Source: a virus
Lineage: Duplodnaviria; Heunggongvirae; Uroviricota; Caudoviricetes
IMG/VR virus record: IMGVR_UViG_2565956614_000003
Length of the DNA stretch: 64,000 nucleotides
Strand: one strand, 5' to 3'
In this document: piece by piece, positions 42,036 to 51,682 of the stretch
Position numbering within the stretch: position 1 is the first letter of the stretch
How the letters are laid out: every line of letters starts with the position of its first letter
Position numbers and translations under genes: made by a program
The notes under the pieces: generated by a model
Database searches by the model: none
What the model was told of the DNA's origin: nothing
Seen by the model: the letters and a program-made list of their open reading frames with translations, nothing else

Positions 42036-42425
42036 TTAAGGTTCAGACCAGTTATCTTCAATAGCAATGCTTAATCTTTGTAGCCATTCTGCTAATTTCA
42101 GCATTGCTTCTCTTTCGCTTAAACCACGAGGAAAATCATCAAGCGAAATTGTTGGCTTGAAGCCCCCGTAATTATCCATTTCAACTGTCAGATTTTGCTC
42201 CAGCACGGTATTCCTTACGCGGCTATTGTGCCGAAGCAAATATACTGAACGTGATTTATTGGTTTTATGGTCAAACTGATATTCGGTAAGTATCATCTGG
42301 CTTTTGCCATGACTATTACCTCTCCACATACTTACCTCACTTAATAAAACAACTCCATGCGTAGTTGATGATTTTTTCCCACGTAATATAAATCTGCACT
42401 CCGGCAGTAAAACCAAAGCCAACAA
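42036..42425 (-). CDS. Hypothetical protein
   Basis: 129 aa ORF in operon. Confidence 0.45.
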   Translation of the reverse strand: MLALVLLPECRFILRGKKSSTTHGVVLLSEVSMWRGNSHGKSQMILTEYQFDHKTNKSRSVYLLRHNSRVRNTVLEQNLTVEMDNYGGFKPTISLDDFPRGLSEREAMLKLAEWLQRLSIAIEDNWSEP

Positions 42426-42507
42426 TTGCTGAAAAAATCAAAACATTTACTTTTGACATTATAAATTTTCTCTCGGTGTCGTAGGTGATAGCACCATAAT
42501 TGATAAT

Positions 42508-42741
42508 TTAGTGAGTTAGCAGTTCCATTTTTTGGATGATTTCCGCATGAGCATCATCGTTATCAACACTTAACTCGTTTAATGCCTCTCGCACTACATC
42601 AACTTCTTCAGGCTGAAAGAAGTCGTCGCGGTAATCACCAAATAGAACCGAAACCAGCCTGCCACCAGCAACATCAAGATTGGCGCTAACAGGTGGCTCT
42701 TTGCCATCCTCAAATTCGACAACAAAAGTTAATTTTCCCAT
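42508..42741 (-). CDS. Hypothetical small acidic protein
   Basis: 77 aa. Confidence 0.45.
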   Translation of the reverse strand: MGKLTFVVEFEDGKEPPVSANLDVAGGRLVSVLFGDYRDDFFQPEEVDVVREALNELSVDNDDAHAEIIQKMELLTH

Positions 42742-42817
42742 CGTTACCCCCAGAAGATAAAAATAGCGGCAATCGCCATAGCTACGCCTACAATCGCAAA
42801 TGCTTCAGGCCAGCTCA

Positions 42818-43228
42818 TTACCGCACCTCAAGTCTCCATACCGCCTGACCAATCCGGCTGGCATGGGTATCTTTGGATACTGTTCCGTCTTTAGCCAGCT
42901 CCATAAGAATTTTGCGCAAATCTGCCGAGCGCCATTCTTCATCAGGAAATTCCTTCTCCATTGCCAACCGCAGATTCCAGGTTGCCATCCTGAATGGATA
43001 TTCCCCGCCGAGAGCTTTATCTTGCAGGGCAGCCCGGGAACGCATCACCTGCAAAACCTTCTCTTTTACATCCATCATTTCGCCTCCTGCGGCGGTTCTG
43101 GTAGCGGCATCCAGAACAAGGCGTTCCCTAACCACGATAAAGTGCCGTCGCTCAACTCCACGTACGGTAACAAGCCAATACATGCCACACGCACTACTCA
43201 CCTCCGTTGATGCGAATGCCTGTTGCAA
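42818..43228 (-). CDS. Hypothetical protein
   Basis: 136 aa. Confidence 0.45.
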   Translation of the reverse strand: MQQAFASTEVSSACGMYWLVTVRGVERRHFIVVRERLVLDAATRTAAGGEMMDVKEKVLQVMRSRAALQDKALGGEYPFRMATWNLRLAMEKEFPDEEWRSADLRKILMELAKDGTVSKDTHASRIGQAVWRLEVR

Positions 43229-43682
43229 TGCTGTTTATGATGCTGTCAGTGCATGGGGTAGAAAGCTGGGCATCTCCAGCAATTTTCATGACATCAACAT
43301 CTGCATATCGAATACCGAGGTGTATCAGACCGGCTATACCTGACTTAAGCCGAGCATTTTCCATAAACAGATCCTTTGCCCGCTGTTTTTCTGCCTCAAG
43401 CTCAACGCGCAACTTCCCTACCGTTAGCGCAATATCCTCGTTCTCCTGATCGCGGGATTTGATGTATTGCTGGTTTCTTTCCCGTTCATCCAGTAGTGCC
43501 AGCACGGTTTCTGGTCCGGCCAGAAATTTGAAGGCGTTGAGCGCATCAATATCCACACCGTAATCTTTAAGTTCCTGTTCACTTAACAAATCATCATCAG
43601 CTGGCAACATTAACAGGCGTTCCATTGCTGGAATTGCACGTTCCGCCGCCTCACGCAGTGCCTGATAGTCAATCTTGCTCAC
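43194..43682 (-). CDS. Hypothetical coiled-coil protein (GTG start overlapping upstream stop)
   Basis: 162 aa; start within shared 17-bp junction motif. Confidence 0.5.
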   Translation of the reverse strand: MSKIDYQALREAAERAIPAMERLLMLPADDDLLSEQELKDYGVDIDALNAFKFLAGPETVLALLDERERNQQYIKSRDQENEDIALTVGKLRVELEAEKQRAKDLFMENARLKSGIAGLIHLGIRYADVDVMKIAGDAQLSTPCTDSIINSIATGIRINGGE

Positions 43683-44038
43683 TGGTTGCCTCCTTTTCGA
43701 AGCTGGGCGGCGATATCTTCGAGAACGCCATCAGAGAATGAGCGGTCAAAATCGCCTTCCGGCGCATTAGCCATAAACTCAGTAGAGGTAAGAATCATCC
43801 GGGCAATATCCGCGGCGTTCTTCGCGGTATCATCAATAAAACCAGCTTCCCAGGCAGCCAGCATTCTGTTCGCCACAAAATAAGCGCCTTCCTTGCGTGC
43901 TTCAGTCTTCACTTCAGCTAGAAAAGCATCGGTATGGCAATGGAATGAGGCGTTATTACCCACAATTTCACGCAAGCACATCATGTAAAAACGGTTACTC
44001 ACTGGTTGCCTCCTTGGCGGAGTTGCGCTGCGATGCAT
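43679..44038 (-). CDS. Hypothetical small protein, paralogue of the next gene (C-terminus ...AAQLRKGGNQ)
   Basis: 119 aa (true start possibly internal Met); shares C-terminal motif and 17-bp junction with 43999-44238. Confidence 0.45.
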   Translation of the reverse strand: MHRSATPPRRQPVSNRFYMMCLREIVGNNASFHCHTDAFLAEVKTEARKEGAYFVANRMLAAWEAGFIDDTAKNAADIARMILTSTEFMANAPEGDFDRSFSDGVLEDIAAQLRKGGNQ

Positions 44039-44238
44039 GAAAAAAAAGACTCCCGAGTGTGACAGTTAAGAGCTGGTGCGAACGCCGCGTTAAGAACGGC
44101 GGCATCACAGCCGTCATCAATATAGAGCGCAATTTTTTTCTCCAGGCGCGCTTTGGCTTCCTGCAACTGCATACCCCGGCACGCACGCGGGATATAATCA
44201 GCAATTTGAGCGATAGCTTTTTCGTTCTGTTTAAACAT
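43999..44238 (-). CDS. Hypothetical small protein, paralogue of previous gene (C-terminus ...AAQLRQGGNQ)
   Basis: 79 aa. Confidence 0.45.
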   Translation of the reverse strand: MFKQNEKAIAQIADYIPRACRGMQLQEAKARLEKKIALYIDDGCDAAVLNAAFAPALNCHTRESFFSCIAAQLRQGGNQ

Positions 44239-44434
44239 GCTTCACCTCGATAGGCTTGATGGTGTCTAACAGCAGTCGGCGGCGCGTATTTTCTGCAAAA
44301 TGGCGGCGTCCAGTTTCTTTGTGGTAAAACTCGTTTTTGCCAACGACCCACATCCGCTCTGTTTGGTGCAGTTTTTTTACCTTCGGGCCATCTTTGGTGA
44401 TCACGGTACCGGTATGGGTTTTTACGATTGTCAT
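44231..44434 (-). CDS. Hypothetical small basic protein
   Basis: 67 aa, overlaps neighbours by 4-8 nt. Confidence 0.4.
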   Translation of the reverse strand: MTIVKTHTGTVITKDGPKVKKLHQTERMWVVGKNEFYHKETGRRHFAENTRRRLLLDTIKPIEVKHV

Positions 44435-45309
44435 TCCACTACCTCTTCGAATTTCAACTCCAATTGGTCACCCCAGATTTCACATGATTCGGAACACGAA
44501 CCAGTATCAAACCGCTTGGCCAGCACCATCGCCTGATACAAATTTCTGTAGTCACTGTCGGCATACATTCTGGCAATCCCGTCAAGCGTCAGGTGGCCAC
44601 GGTACATAACGTCTTTACCTGTTCTGCGATGACCATCCCTGACGTGTTTGCCTGTAACCAGTTCATTAAAAACCCGCATCAGACCTGGTTCGTCTTTACA
44701 TGCAAGCCCCAGCTTTTGCGTTGACTTTTTGATGCAAAAAACACAGTTCCCGAGGTGCTCCGGGATTTGCAAATCAAAAGGTTGTTTTCGCCACCACCGG
44801 ATAACATCCGACTTATCAAAATCTGACAGTTCGGCAAGATACCGGACGCCCGGTTTCGGTTTCAGCCTACGGGGTTCGTCCGCACGAATACCCAGCCATG
44901 TGATGTAATTCCCTCGCCCAAAATGGTCATCGCAATATTTCGTGAAAGGGGTGAGTTTTAGCCTGTCAGTACAGAACGCGCCGCCGATGTATGGCGTACC
45001 GTACTTTTTAACCATGTCCATAAACGGTTTAAGCACCGGCATTCGCGTCTGAATATCCTTTGGTTCCCATTCCGTATAACCATTTGGCTGCCCAATTTCT
45101 GGATTTATATCGACCTGCAACACCGTTAGCGGTACGTTCCAGAACTTCACAACCTCACGAATAAAGCGATACGTCAGAGGATGTTCACAGCCGGTATCCA
45201 TAAAAATGAAATGGACGCTAGCGCCAGCTTTTCGCTGTGCTTCCATCAGATGAACGAGATAAGCCGATGTTCGTCCACCTGAAAAGCTGACGACTTGATG
45301 CATACTCAC
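44431..45309 (-). CDS. PAPS-reductase-family / PP-loop ATP pyrophosphatase-like protein
   Basis: 292 aa; N-terminal PP-loop VVSFSGGRTSAY; Cys cluster near C-terminus. Confidence 0.7.
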   Translation of the reverse strand: MSMHQVVSFSGGRTSAYLVHLMEAQRKAGASVHFIFMDTGCEHPLTYRFIREVVKFWNVPLTVLQVDINPEIGQPNGYTEWEPKDIQTRMPVLKPFMDMVKKYGTPYIGGAFCTDRLKLTPFTKYCDDHFGRGNYITWLGIRADEPRRLKPKPGVRYLAELSDFDKSDVIRWWRKQPFDLQIPEHLGNCVFCIKKSTQKLGLACKDEPGLMRVFNELVTGKHVRDGHRRTGKDVMYRGHLTLDGIARMYADSDYRNLYQAMVLAKRFDTGSCSESCEIWGDQLELKFEEVVE

Positions 45310-45312
45310 GGT

Positions 45313-46041
45313 TTATTCCTGAATGCGCTTAAACTCGATTACCCACACCCAGGGATTAGCGTTCCAGCTTTCTTCACCATAGATGGATTCCCACAGGCGC
45401 TGGAACGCAACCTTGGCCATTGCGAAATCCCCCTTGGGAGTAAGGAATGTTCCCGGGTGATCAGGAAGCAAACTTCCAGCAGGCGGAACGCCCTCAGCCC
45501 TTGCATCGCATTCGCTGATATCGTTCAACCGTTCAACGCGCACGTTGGTAATTTCCAACAGAATGCGTGATGCCCATCGCGGCATGTGAATTGATGGACG
45601 CCACCCACCATCAAACTTTTCATTCACAGTGTGAGGTTTCCAGTCGGCATCATCGGGTATCGACCATAAGCCGTAATCACCAGGTTTTTGCTCGCAACTG
45701 GCCCGATAAATCCTTGCTGCGTTCTTCTCATCGCCACGACAAAGGTTGTCGTTCCAGTCCACACTGCAACCATCCTCATTGCCTAATATCGCCCATGTTT
45801 CACGAACCCAAATTCGATCGCCGACGATACCAAAGGGGCAATTGAAAACACTGCTTACACCATCAGCCCCGTACCACTGAAAACCTGCACCAATTTCCCT
45901 AACCATCACTGGTGCTTCTGGACCAACTTCCGCAGGCTGATTTTTCATTATCCGCCGCGTCTGCGTTTTCCTTCCTTCGAGGATGGCTCGGACCATCTCA
46001 TCGTTGAAAATCATGCCGCGCTCTTTCACTTCGCCTTTCAT
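45313..46041 (-). CDS. Hypothetical protein with N-terminal MVRAILEGRKTQTRR motif (ASCH-like)
   Basis: 242 aa. Confidence 0.5.
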   Translation of the reverse strand: MKGEVKERGMIFNDEMVRAILEGRKTQTRRIMKNQPAEVGPEAPVMVREIGAGFQWYGADGVSSVFNCPFGIVGDRIWVRETWAILGNEDGCSVDWNDNLCRGDEKNAARIYRASCEQKPGDYGLWSIPDDADWKPHTVNEKFDGGWRPSIHMPRWASRILLEITNVRVERLNDISECDARAEGVPPAGSLLPDHPGTFLTPKGDFAMAKVAFQRLWESIYGEESWNANPWVWVIEFKRIQE

Positions 46042-46219
46042 GCATCCCCCTTACCCATGCGCGACGATGCCGCCAAAAGTGATAGAGAACAGCCAGAAAT
46101 AGATCGCGGCCATAATGATTTTGAATGCCGTGTTCATATTTTCAGCTCCTGTGATTGATTGGATACATGCCGCGCCTTACGGCATGTTTTTATTTTCACT
46201 TTCTCTGTTTTAAAAATCA

Positions 46220-46236
46220 AGATTTATTAGAGCAAT
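46220..46236 (-). promoter_or_regulatory. C1 operator-like site (16/17)
   Basis: agatttattagagcaat, about 180 bp upstream of the 45313-46041 gene. Confidence 0.55.
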
Positions 46237-46742
46237 TATTGTTGATGTAGAAGCGCGTTTTCATACTCCCTGACCATTAACGTAAGTACGCCGTGACTCC
46301 TGAAAACACGCGCCACTTCAATCTTATCTTCCAGCGCGAACGCAATTTTACTTAGACCAATTTTCTTCAGGAGATCAATCTTTGCTGGACCGTCATTTCT
46401 GTCATCGGTGGCAGGACGCATAGATAGCAAAGGCTCCGCCCCATTTGTTACGTGCTTACGCAACCAGGCTCGTGTTTTATCCCTGGCTATCTCACAGCGC
46501 CCGGTTACAAACCAGAGGGTGTAAATGCCGGACAACTGGCGCACCATATCAATAACTGGAGTGATGGGAGCATCAGTGTCACAGGCAAGGTTAAACTCGT
46601 TCCAGTGCTCTGTTAATGCACCTTTGCCAGGTGGTGGAAGTAAATGCAGCCTGTCTTCCGTTGCCTCTGATATCGTCCCATCAATATCTACTATGACGAT
46701 GTACGGACGTTCCTGGTGTGCGTGTTTATTGAAAATACTCAA
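46236..46742 (-). CDS. HAD-superfamily phosphatase-like protein
   Basis: 168 aa; HAD motif I IVIVDIDGT. Confidence 0.55.
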   Translation of the reverse strand: MSIFNKHAHQERPYIVIVDIDGTISEATEDRLHLLPPPGKGALTEHWNEFNLACDTDAPITPVIDMVRQLSGIYTLWFVTGRCEIARDKTRAWLRKHVTNGAEPLLSMRPATDDRNDGPAKIDLLKKIGLSKIAFALEDKIEVARVFRSHGVLTLMVREYENALLHQQ

Positions 46743-46815
46743 ATGCCCTCCTCATTGGACGAAAAAAAATGCTGGTGGGAGCACTCCACCAGCATTAAAA
46801 GTGACACTGTAACTA

Positions 46816-48078
46816 TCAGCGAACGTAAATAGTGCCGCCGTTCTCTTTTTCCCATGCATCGCTACGTGCATAGCAAACATCGAGAAGTCTTCTTGCCGCA
46901 GTTTCCTCTAAACCCAATTCGACAACCAACTGCTCATGACGGCGGGTAACCACATCAAACAGGGTATGCAGCCCTTTAGTTGCCAGATCATCAATGAATT
47001 CCGGTTCGAACGGCAGCTCTGCATCTGCCAACATAACCTCTTGCGCCCACTCAACTCGACGGACCAATTCCGGGCGACGGCTTTCCATCTCTTTACAGAT
47101 CAATTCATGGAAGAACTCTACCCAACCTTCCGGCTGGAACTCGCGGAAAATTGCCAACGGCTGGAAGTTTGGCATCAACCATTCGTTGATTCGGATATCA
47201 ATGGCATAGCCCATGTCGCAGCAGAACTGATAAGCAAAGTCCAGCTTAGAAACGATATAAGGACGCTCGTTATTGAACTCTTTAGGCGATGAGATCCCAT
47301 AAGCCAGGAGGCGCGGGAAGAAGGAGATTTGCCCTAACGTCGGATGAAGTTTGCTTGCAGGGAAACGGCGCTCAGTAATGCCATACATTTCCTTCTTGAG
47401 CGTCGCAAATTTGGCATTCTCATTAACCAGCGCGGTAACCTCTGCTTTTTTATTAGCAAATGCCACGCGCGCCTCGCTTGCATCTTTAATAGTTTTTTTG
47501 AGCTGTTGGTTAAGGTCGGCGACCTGCTTACGCAGTTCCTGTCGCTCGCTTTTAGCTTTGTTATAGCGTTTCTCAAGGTTAAAAGGATCAAGTTTCATGA
47601 TCTCTTTATATTGAGATTTTAGCGTTGAAATCTGTGAGTTCCGCAGTTCAACCATCGCAGTCATTTCATTGAGTTTTGTTTCCAGCTCAATGCTTATACG
47701 TTCGGCATTATCAGCACGCTGGTTGGCGTCATGCGTCGCATCGTCGATCGCGTCCTGTTGCTGGCGTTTCAAATGTTCAATTTCCAGCTGAAGCTCTTCA
47801 ATTTCTTTACCCTTCAGACCGAGATCCAACTGCATATTTTCAGCTGCATCTACCAGGGAGTTATGGCTATCAGCTTCTGCGTTATAAACATCAATAAGCT
47901 GTGCGTGAAGCATCTCCGCTGACTGAACCGCATTATCAAAAAAACGTGCTGTGAGGTCATCACAACTAACGCGGCGTTGCGCGGCCCGGATGTTCTGGAT
48001 AATGGCCGGGATACCGGCATTCAGGACATCAGGGATACATACATTTTCGATTGATTGGTTTTGTGCTGAAGTGCTCAT
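46816..48078 (-). CDS. Hypothetical protein with long N-terminal coiled coil
   Basis: 420 aa. Confidence 0.55.
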   Translation of the reverse strand: MSTSAQNQSIENVCIPDVLNAGIPAIIQNIRAAQRRVSCDDLTARFFDNAVQSAEMLHAQLIDVYNAEADSHNSLVDAAENMQLDLGLKGKEIEELQLEIEHLKRQQQDAIDDATHDANQRADNAERISIELETKLNEMTAMVELRNSQISTLKSQYKEIMKLDPFNLEKRYNKAKSERQELRKQVADLNQQLKKTIKDASEARVAFANKKAEVTALVNENAKFATLKKEMYGITERRFPASKLHPTLGQISFFPRLLAYGISSPKEFNNERPYIVSKLDFAYQFCCDMGYAIDIRINEWLMPNFQPLAIFREFQPEGWVEFFHELICKEMESRRPELVRRVEWAQEVMLADAELPFEPEFIDDLATKGLHTLFDVVTRRHEQLVVELGLEETAARRLLDVCYARSDAWEKENGGTIYVR

Positions 48079-48079
48079 T

Positions 48080-48298
48080 TCAAAGTTCCGTATTAGCTTG
48101 TGCTTCGGTCATTTTTCCTAAGTATGAAGGAGGAAGGACTACGCAATTTGTATCCAGTCCCTCACCTATGGCAGCCTGTAAAATTCTGGCTAAGGTGAGT
48201 CTCTTGTTGCGATACCTGGTGATGACATGCCTGATACCGCCGGTCGGCGTAACAAAGGCGATCAGCCAGTAGTGATATTTCCGTCGGAATGGCCACAT
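48080..48298 (-). CDS. Hypothetical small protein
   Basis: 72 aa, immediately upstream of the 420-aa gene. Confidence 0.35.
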   Translation of the reverse strand: MWPFRRKYHYWLIAFVTPTGGIRHVITRYRNKRLTLARILQAAIGEGLDTNCVVLPPSYLGKMTEAQANTEL

Positions 48299-48312
48299 AG
48301 TGCACCTTGTAG

Positions 48313-48378
48313 ATTGCTCTAATAAAAAACGTGATGAGTGTACATCACGTTTTAAAAATATGGAATTATTAGAGCAAT
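48313..48378. promoter_or_regulatory. Divergent pair of C1 operator-like motifs flanking an inverted repeat (cgtgatg-agtgtac-catcacg)
   Basis: attgctctaataaaaaa (48313-48329) and ggaattattagagcaat (48362-48378), 14/17 each; the first may be part of a terminator T-tract. Confidence 0.4.
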
Positions 48379-48379
48379 A

Positions 48380-49081
48380 TTATTCTGATTCTCGCTCAAA
48401 AAATGAGCTGATAAGGGGAAGCCAATCCTCTGACACTTCGCGAGGTCGCGGTTTGCCGTGGAAAAAGATTATTCGGCAGTCTTTTGGTAATGCCCCATTC
48501 CCCCTGGAGTAACGCGCGCTCGCATATTTTGAACCAGGTTCCACAACATCGGCCTTGTAACTTACAAACCATCCTGGATACAGATCCTGAAATGCTGGTG
48601 TATCATCGCCCATAACCTTTCGTAAGAACCCCTGGTCCCCCCAGCACTCAGTAGTGACACAACGAGAAATCCAACCTTCCGGATCTTGCCAGAATGAACT
48701 CCAGATATGCGCTTTAACACTATTTGGTATCCACAGGGCACCGCTGCCACGATATTGTGGATGGTAAAAATCCCTAAGCATGGTGAAGCTGGTTGGTGGA
48801 TGCTCTAGGATTGGGCGTATATCACCGGCAATAACCGTGTCCAAATCCAGATAGAACAGATCATCGGTTATATCCGGTCGGAACAACTCGATTTTCGCCC
48901 ACCAGCCACGGCACTTTTGCCACTGGTTGATCAATGGGACAACTTTGACGCCAGGTACATGTAAACGCTTCAGGTCTGTCAGGCAAATAATTTCATAGCC
49001 TTTTGGCAGTTGATTAACCAGCCACTGCACATCGGAAGCGTTATAGTCACCACCAGAGCGAAAAACTAAAGCAATCTTCAT
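48380..49081 (-). CDS. Putative nucleotide-sugar transferase (DxD-type)
   Basis: 233 aa; YLDLDTVI DxD-like motif. Confidence 0.45.
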   Translation of the reverse strand: MKIALVFRSGGDYNASDVQWLVNQLPKGYEIICLTDLKRLHVPGVKVVPLINQWQKCRGWWAKIELFRPDITDDLFYLDLDTVIAGDIRPILEHPPTSFTMLRDFYHPQYRGSGALWIPNSVKAHIWSSFWQDPEGWISRCVTTECWGDQGFLRKVMGDDTPAFQDLYPGWFVSYKADVVEPGSKYASARYSRGNGALPKDCRIIFFHGKPRPREVSEDWLPLISSFFERESE

Positions 49082-49770
49082 GCTGCACCATCACCTTTCA
49101 CTTTCATCAATGTCAGGTTTCCGCAAAATACGGCACCAGTGTCGATATACTGCTGATTCCAGAATGTCTTCGGGCTTTTCACCGGAGTGTGACCAAAGAT
49201 AAAACGATCTGCGCCCGAAATTTCGCCACCAATATCATCCATCGAATCACTGATACGCTCGCGCGCCCAGACAACGTTGAAAAGCGGCACCTCCTTACCG
49301 AATTGGTATTCATTATCCGGATAGTCGGCATGGGCTATAACGATAGTTTCTTGCCCGGTGTTCAACTCAATGATATAGGGCAGACGCTTTACCAGCTCCA
49401 CCAGCGCCCAGGCTAATATTTCCTGATCAGTGTCCAGCATGAAGAACCATTGTCCGCCATTCATTAGCCAGTTATTCACGTTGCCATCTGGACTTAACGC
49501 ATCAATCATCAGCCGCTCATGGTTCCCCATCACTGCCCTGAACCAGGGCATCTGCAATAGTTCCAGACATTCGACATTTTCAGTACCGCGATCGATAAGG
49601 TCGCCGACCGATATCAGTAAATCCTGCGCCGGGTCAAAATCCACACGATGGAGTTCGGACATCAGTCTGGTGTAGCAACCATGCAGATCACCAACAACCC
49701 AGACATTCCTGTATTTGGTACCGTCGATACGGTGATAAATTGTGGGTGCCATCATGTATTCTTCAGCCAT
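49078..49770 (-). CDS. ppp: Ser/Thr protein phosphatase (calcineurin-like metallophosphoesterase)
   Basis: 230 aa; motifs VVGDLHG, GDLIDRG, GNHE. Confidence 0.85.
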   Translation of the reverse strand: MAEEYMMAPTIYHRIDGTKYRNVWVVGDLHGCYTRLMSELHRVDFDPAQDLLISVGDLIDRGTENVECLELLQMPWFRAVMGNHERLMIDALSPDGNVNNWLMNGGQWFFMLDTDQEILAWALVELVKRLPYIIELNTGQETIVIAHADYPDNEYQFGKEVPLFNVVWARERISDSMDDIGGEISGADRFIFGHTPVKSPKTFWNQQYIDTGAVFCGNLTLMKVKGDGAA

Positions 49771-50378
49771 TCTTTAAGAGTCATCTGCGGAATACCTCCC
49801 ATTTTCCCGCATGAAACAACGTCAATCCGTTCACGCGCAGACTGGAATAACAAAGGCAGGTGACTTAGATTTTTTGGCGTGCCGCCGGAGTGAACGCGTG
49901 GTTCTTGTGTAGCGTCAACGCCCACCAGGGCTACATGTTTGAATCCGATATGGAAAGCCAGGTTCAGAGCACCATATGCACTATTGCCGCTGGCAATTTC
50001 ATTCTCATCTTCGCAAAGTCCGAAATGTGCGGACCAGCGCCACGCCCACCACTCGGGAGAATTCGTATTTTTTGGCTCCATGCCACGTTCAGCCACACGA
50101 CGGAAGCACAGAACGCCGTCTCTGACTTCACGTTCTTTAACATCGGGTAGTGCCATGCAATAACAAACACCACGGCGACGGCGGCCACGACCAACGCGCC
50201 GCATATTGTCTGGCGATGGATCAAGTGTGAAAAAATAAGAAGCGCGGTTCAGCCAGTCGATGGCCCCATTGACCGCTATAATAGGCACTCCGCGCGGCGC
50301 AACAAAGTTTGCGGCGCTTGGGCCACTGCCGACGATAATAACGCGATCACTGCCTCTAAATTTATTCTTGGGAAACAT
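49752..50378 (-). CDS. Rossmann-like protein with GSGPS motif (MptE/DUF115-like), paralogue A
   Basis: 208 aa; IIVGSGPS...VALVGVD; paralogous to upstream gene. Confidence 0.5.
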   Translation of the reverse strand: MFPKNKFRGSDRVIIVGSGPSAANFVAPRGVPIIAVNGAIDWLNRASYFFTLDPSPDNMRRVGRGRRRRGVCYCMALPDVKEREVRDGVLCFRRVAERGMEPKNTNSPEWWAWRWSAHFGLCEDENEIASGNSAYGALNLAFHIGFKHVALVGVDATQEPRVHSGGTPKNLSHLPLLFQSARERIDVVSCGKMGGIPQMTLKEWLKNT

Positions 50379-50938
50379 TGAATTGCACTGCTCCTACTTG
50401 CATTCAAAATATGTAAATCTGCGTGTTTTTTGCGGGTATCCAGGAACTGCTGTTGCCATTTTGAAATAGACACCTGCGTTGGATTCCGTAGGGCTTGAGG
50501 GTGCGCGCCATGCCAATGAAGACCGTTTTGCAGAGAACAGTCATAGCCGACTAATACCACTACTTCAGCCCCTGATTCAGCAGCCAGACTGATAGCCTGC
50601 GCGCCGCTATTTACCCCTTCCGCCGGTCCACAATATCGCCTGTACTCCAACGAAAATGATTTCGCCGCCGCCAGGTTAGCTGTCACTTTGCGGAATCTCC
50701 CTCCCGGTATGGTGGATCCGTATTGCTTCCACCATGACAAATCACCGGCGTATAAGGCATAAATGTCATCGAACATCTGCCAGGAATTGTTAACCGCGAT
50801 GATTGAACAGCCAGTTTTTTCTATAGCAGCACAGTCCTCACGAGTGAGTGACGGACCGCTACCGACACAAAAAACAGTCCTAGTCGCCCTGGGTGGTATG
50901 TTCATTCTCAGCTGCAAATTCAGCCTCCAGGCGAGCAT
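50276..50938 (-). CDS. Rossmann-like protein with GSGPS motif (MptE/DUF115-like), paralogue B
   Basis: 220 aa; FCVGSGPS...VVLVGYD; 103-nt overlap with downstream paralogue. Confidence 0.5.
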   Translation of the reverse strand: MLAWRLNLQLRMNIPPRATRTVFCVGSGPSLTREDCAAIEKTGCSIIAVNNSWQMFDDIYALYAGDLSWWKQYGSTIPGGRFRKVTANLAAAKSFSLEYRRYCGPAEGVNSGAQAISLAAESGAEVVVLVGYDCSLQNGLHWHGAHPQALRNPTQVSISKWQQQFLDTRKKHADLHILNASRSSAIQCFPRINLEAVIALLSSAVAQAPQTLLRRAECLL

Positions 50939-51101
50939 TCATTTCAGCGATTACCGGGTCCACTACAGCATCTGCTTCCTGTTCATTACGCGGCATGATC
51001 GATGCCAGCGATTCATAATTAGCCTTGGATGACACGATTATTCTCCCGATGTTAATGTGCGCTATATCAAAGAGCACACATGCACTAATTAATTTATTAT
51101 T

Positions 51102-51680
51102 TCACGCAGCATACAACCACTTGTCACCGTTCAATACATGCTCAATAGCCTCACCCTTTTTAAGGCTCATGTATTCCAGGATGGCGGTTATCGCTTGTTC
51201 TGCACCATACGCAAGAACGACGTAGTAACCTTCCTCTCTAAGCCTGCGCATCCAGGCGATCTGCTCTTTCGTCGGGGCTTTACCATTTGGTTCTTTAAGC
51301 TCAATTCGCATGCCGTGATAAATACCGCATGCTTTATCGAGACTCATGTCCGGATAACCTTTTTTCTGCCCTTCAGCCTTCATTTTCCCGGCGGTTGCTT
51401 TTGAACGTTTCCCTCCGTTAGGCGTTGCATGCAACAGCTCATAGATGTCAGGGTGCTTGCGTTCGAAGTAATCAAAAATGAAAACCTGCTCGAAGTGCTC
51501 GCAATTTCCGTCGCGCAGGTCTGGGTTCTTTGCCAGTGCTGCAAGTGCCTTCGCATGTGGAGAAACTTCTTTTACCGGCGCAAGCGATAAGAATGGATCC
51601 TTTTTGGTTTTTGGCCTGGACCGCCCCTTATTTCGGCGCTCACTAAAAGCCTGAAACTCTTCCTCAGTAAAGCGCAACAC
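51102..51680 (-). CDS. VRR-NUC domain nuclease-like protein
   Basis: 192 aa; C-terminal GYPDMSLDKA..GIYHGMRIELKEPNGKAPTKEQIAWMRRL. Confidence 0.6.
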   Translation of the reverse strand: MLRFTEEEFQAFSERRNKGRSRPKTKKDPFLSLAPVKEVSPHAKALAALAKNPDLRDGNCEHFEQVFIFDYFERKHPDIYELLHATPNGGKRSKATAGKMKAEGQKKGYPDMSLDKACGIYHGMRIELKEPNGKAPTKEQIAWMRRLREEGYYVVLAYGAEQAITAILEYMSLKKGEAIEHVLNGDKWLYAA

Positions 51681-51682
51681 AA

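Noticed and set aside
48313-48329. Operator-like 17-mer attgctctaataaaaaa as an independent C1 site
   Set aside because: Only the 5' 14 nt match and the A-run doubles as the T-tract of a minus-strand terminator hairpin (48330-48353); kept only as part of a low-confidence paired feature.
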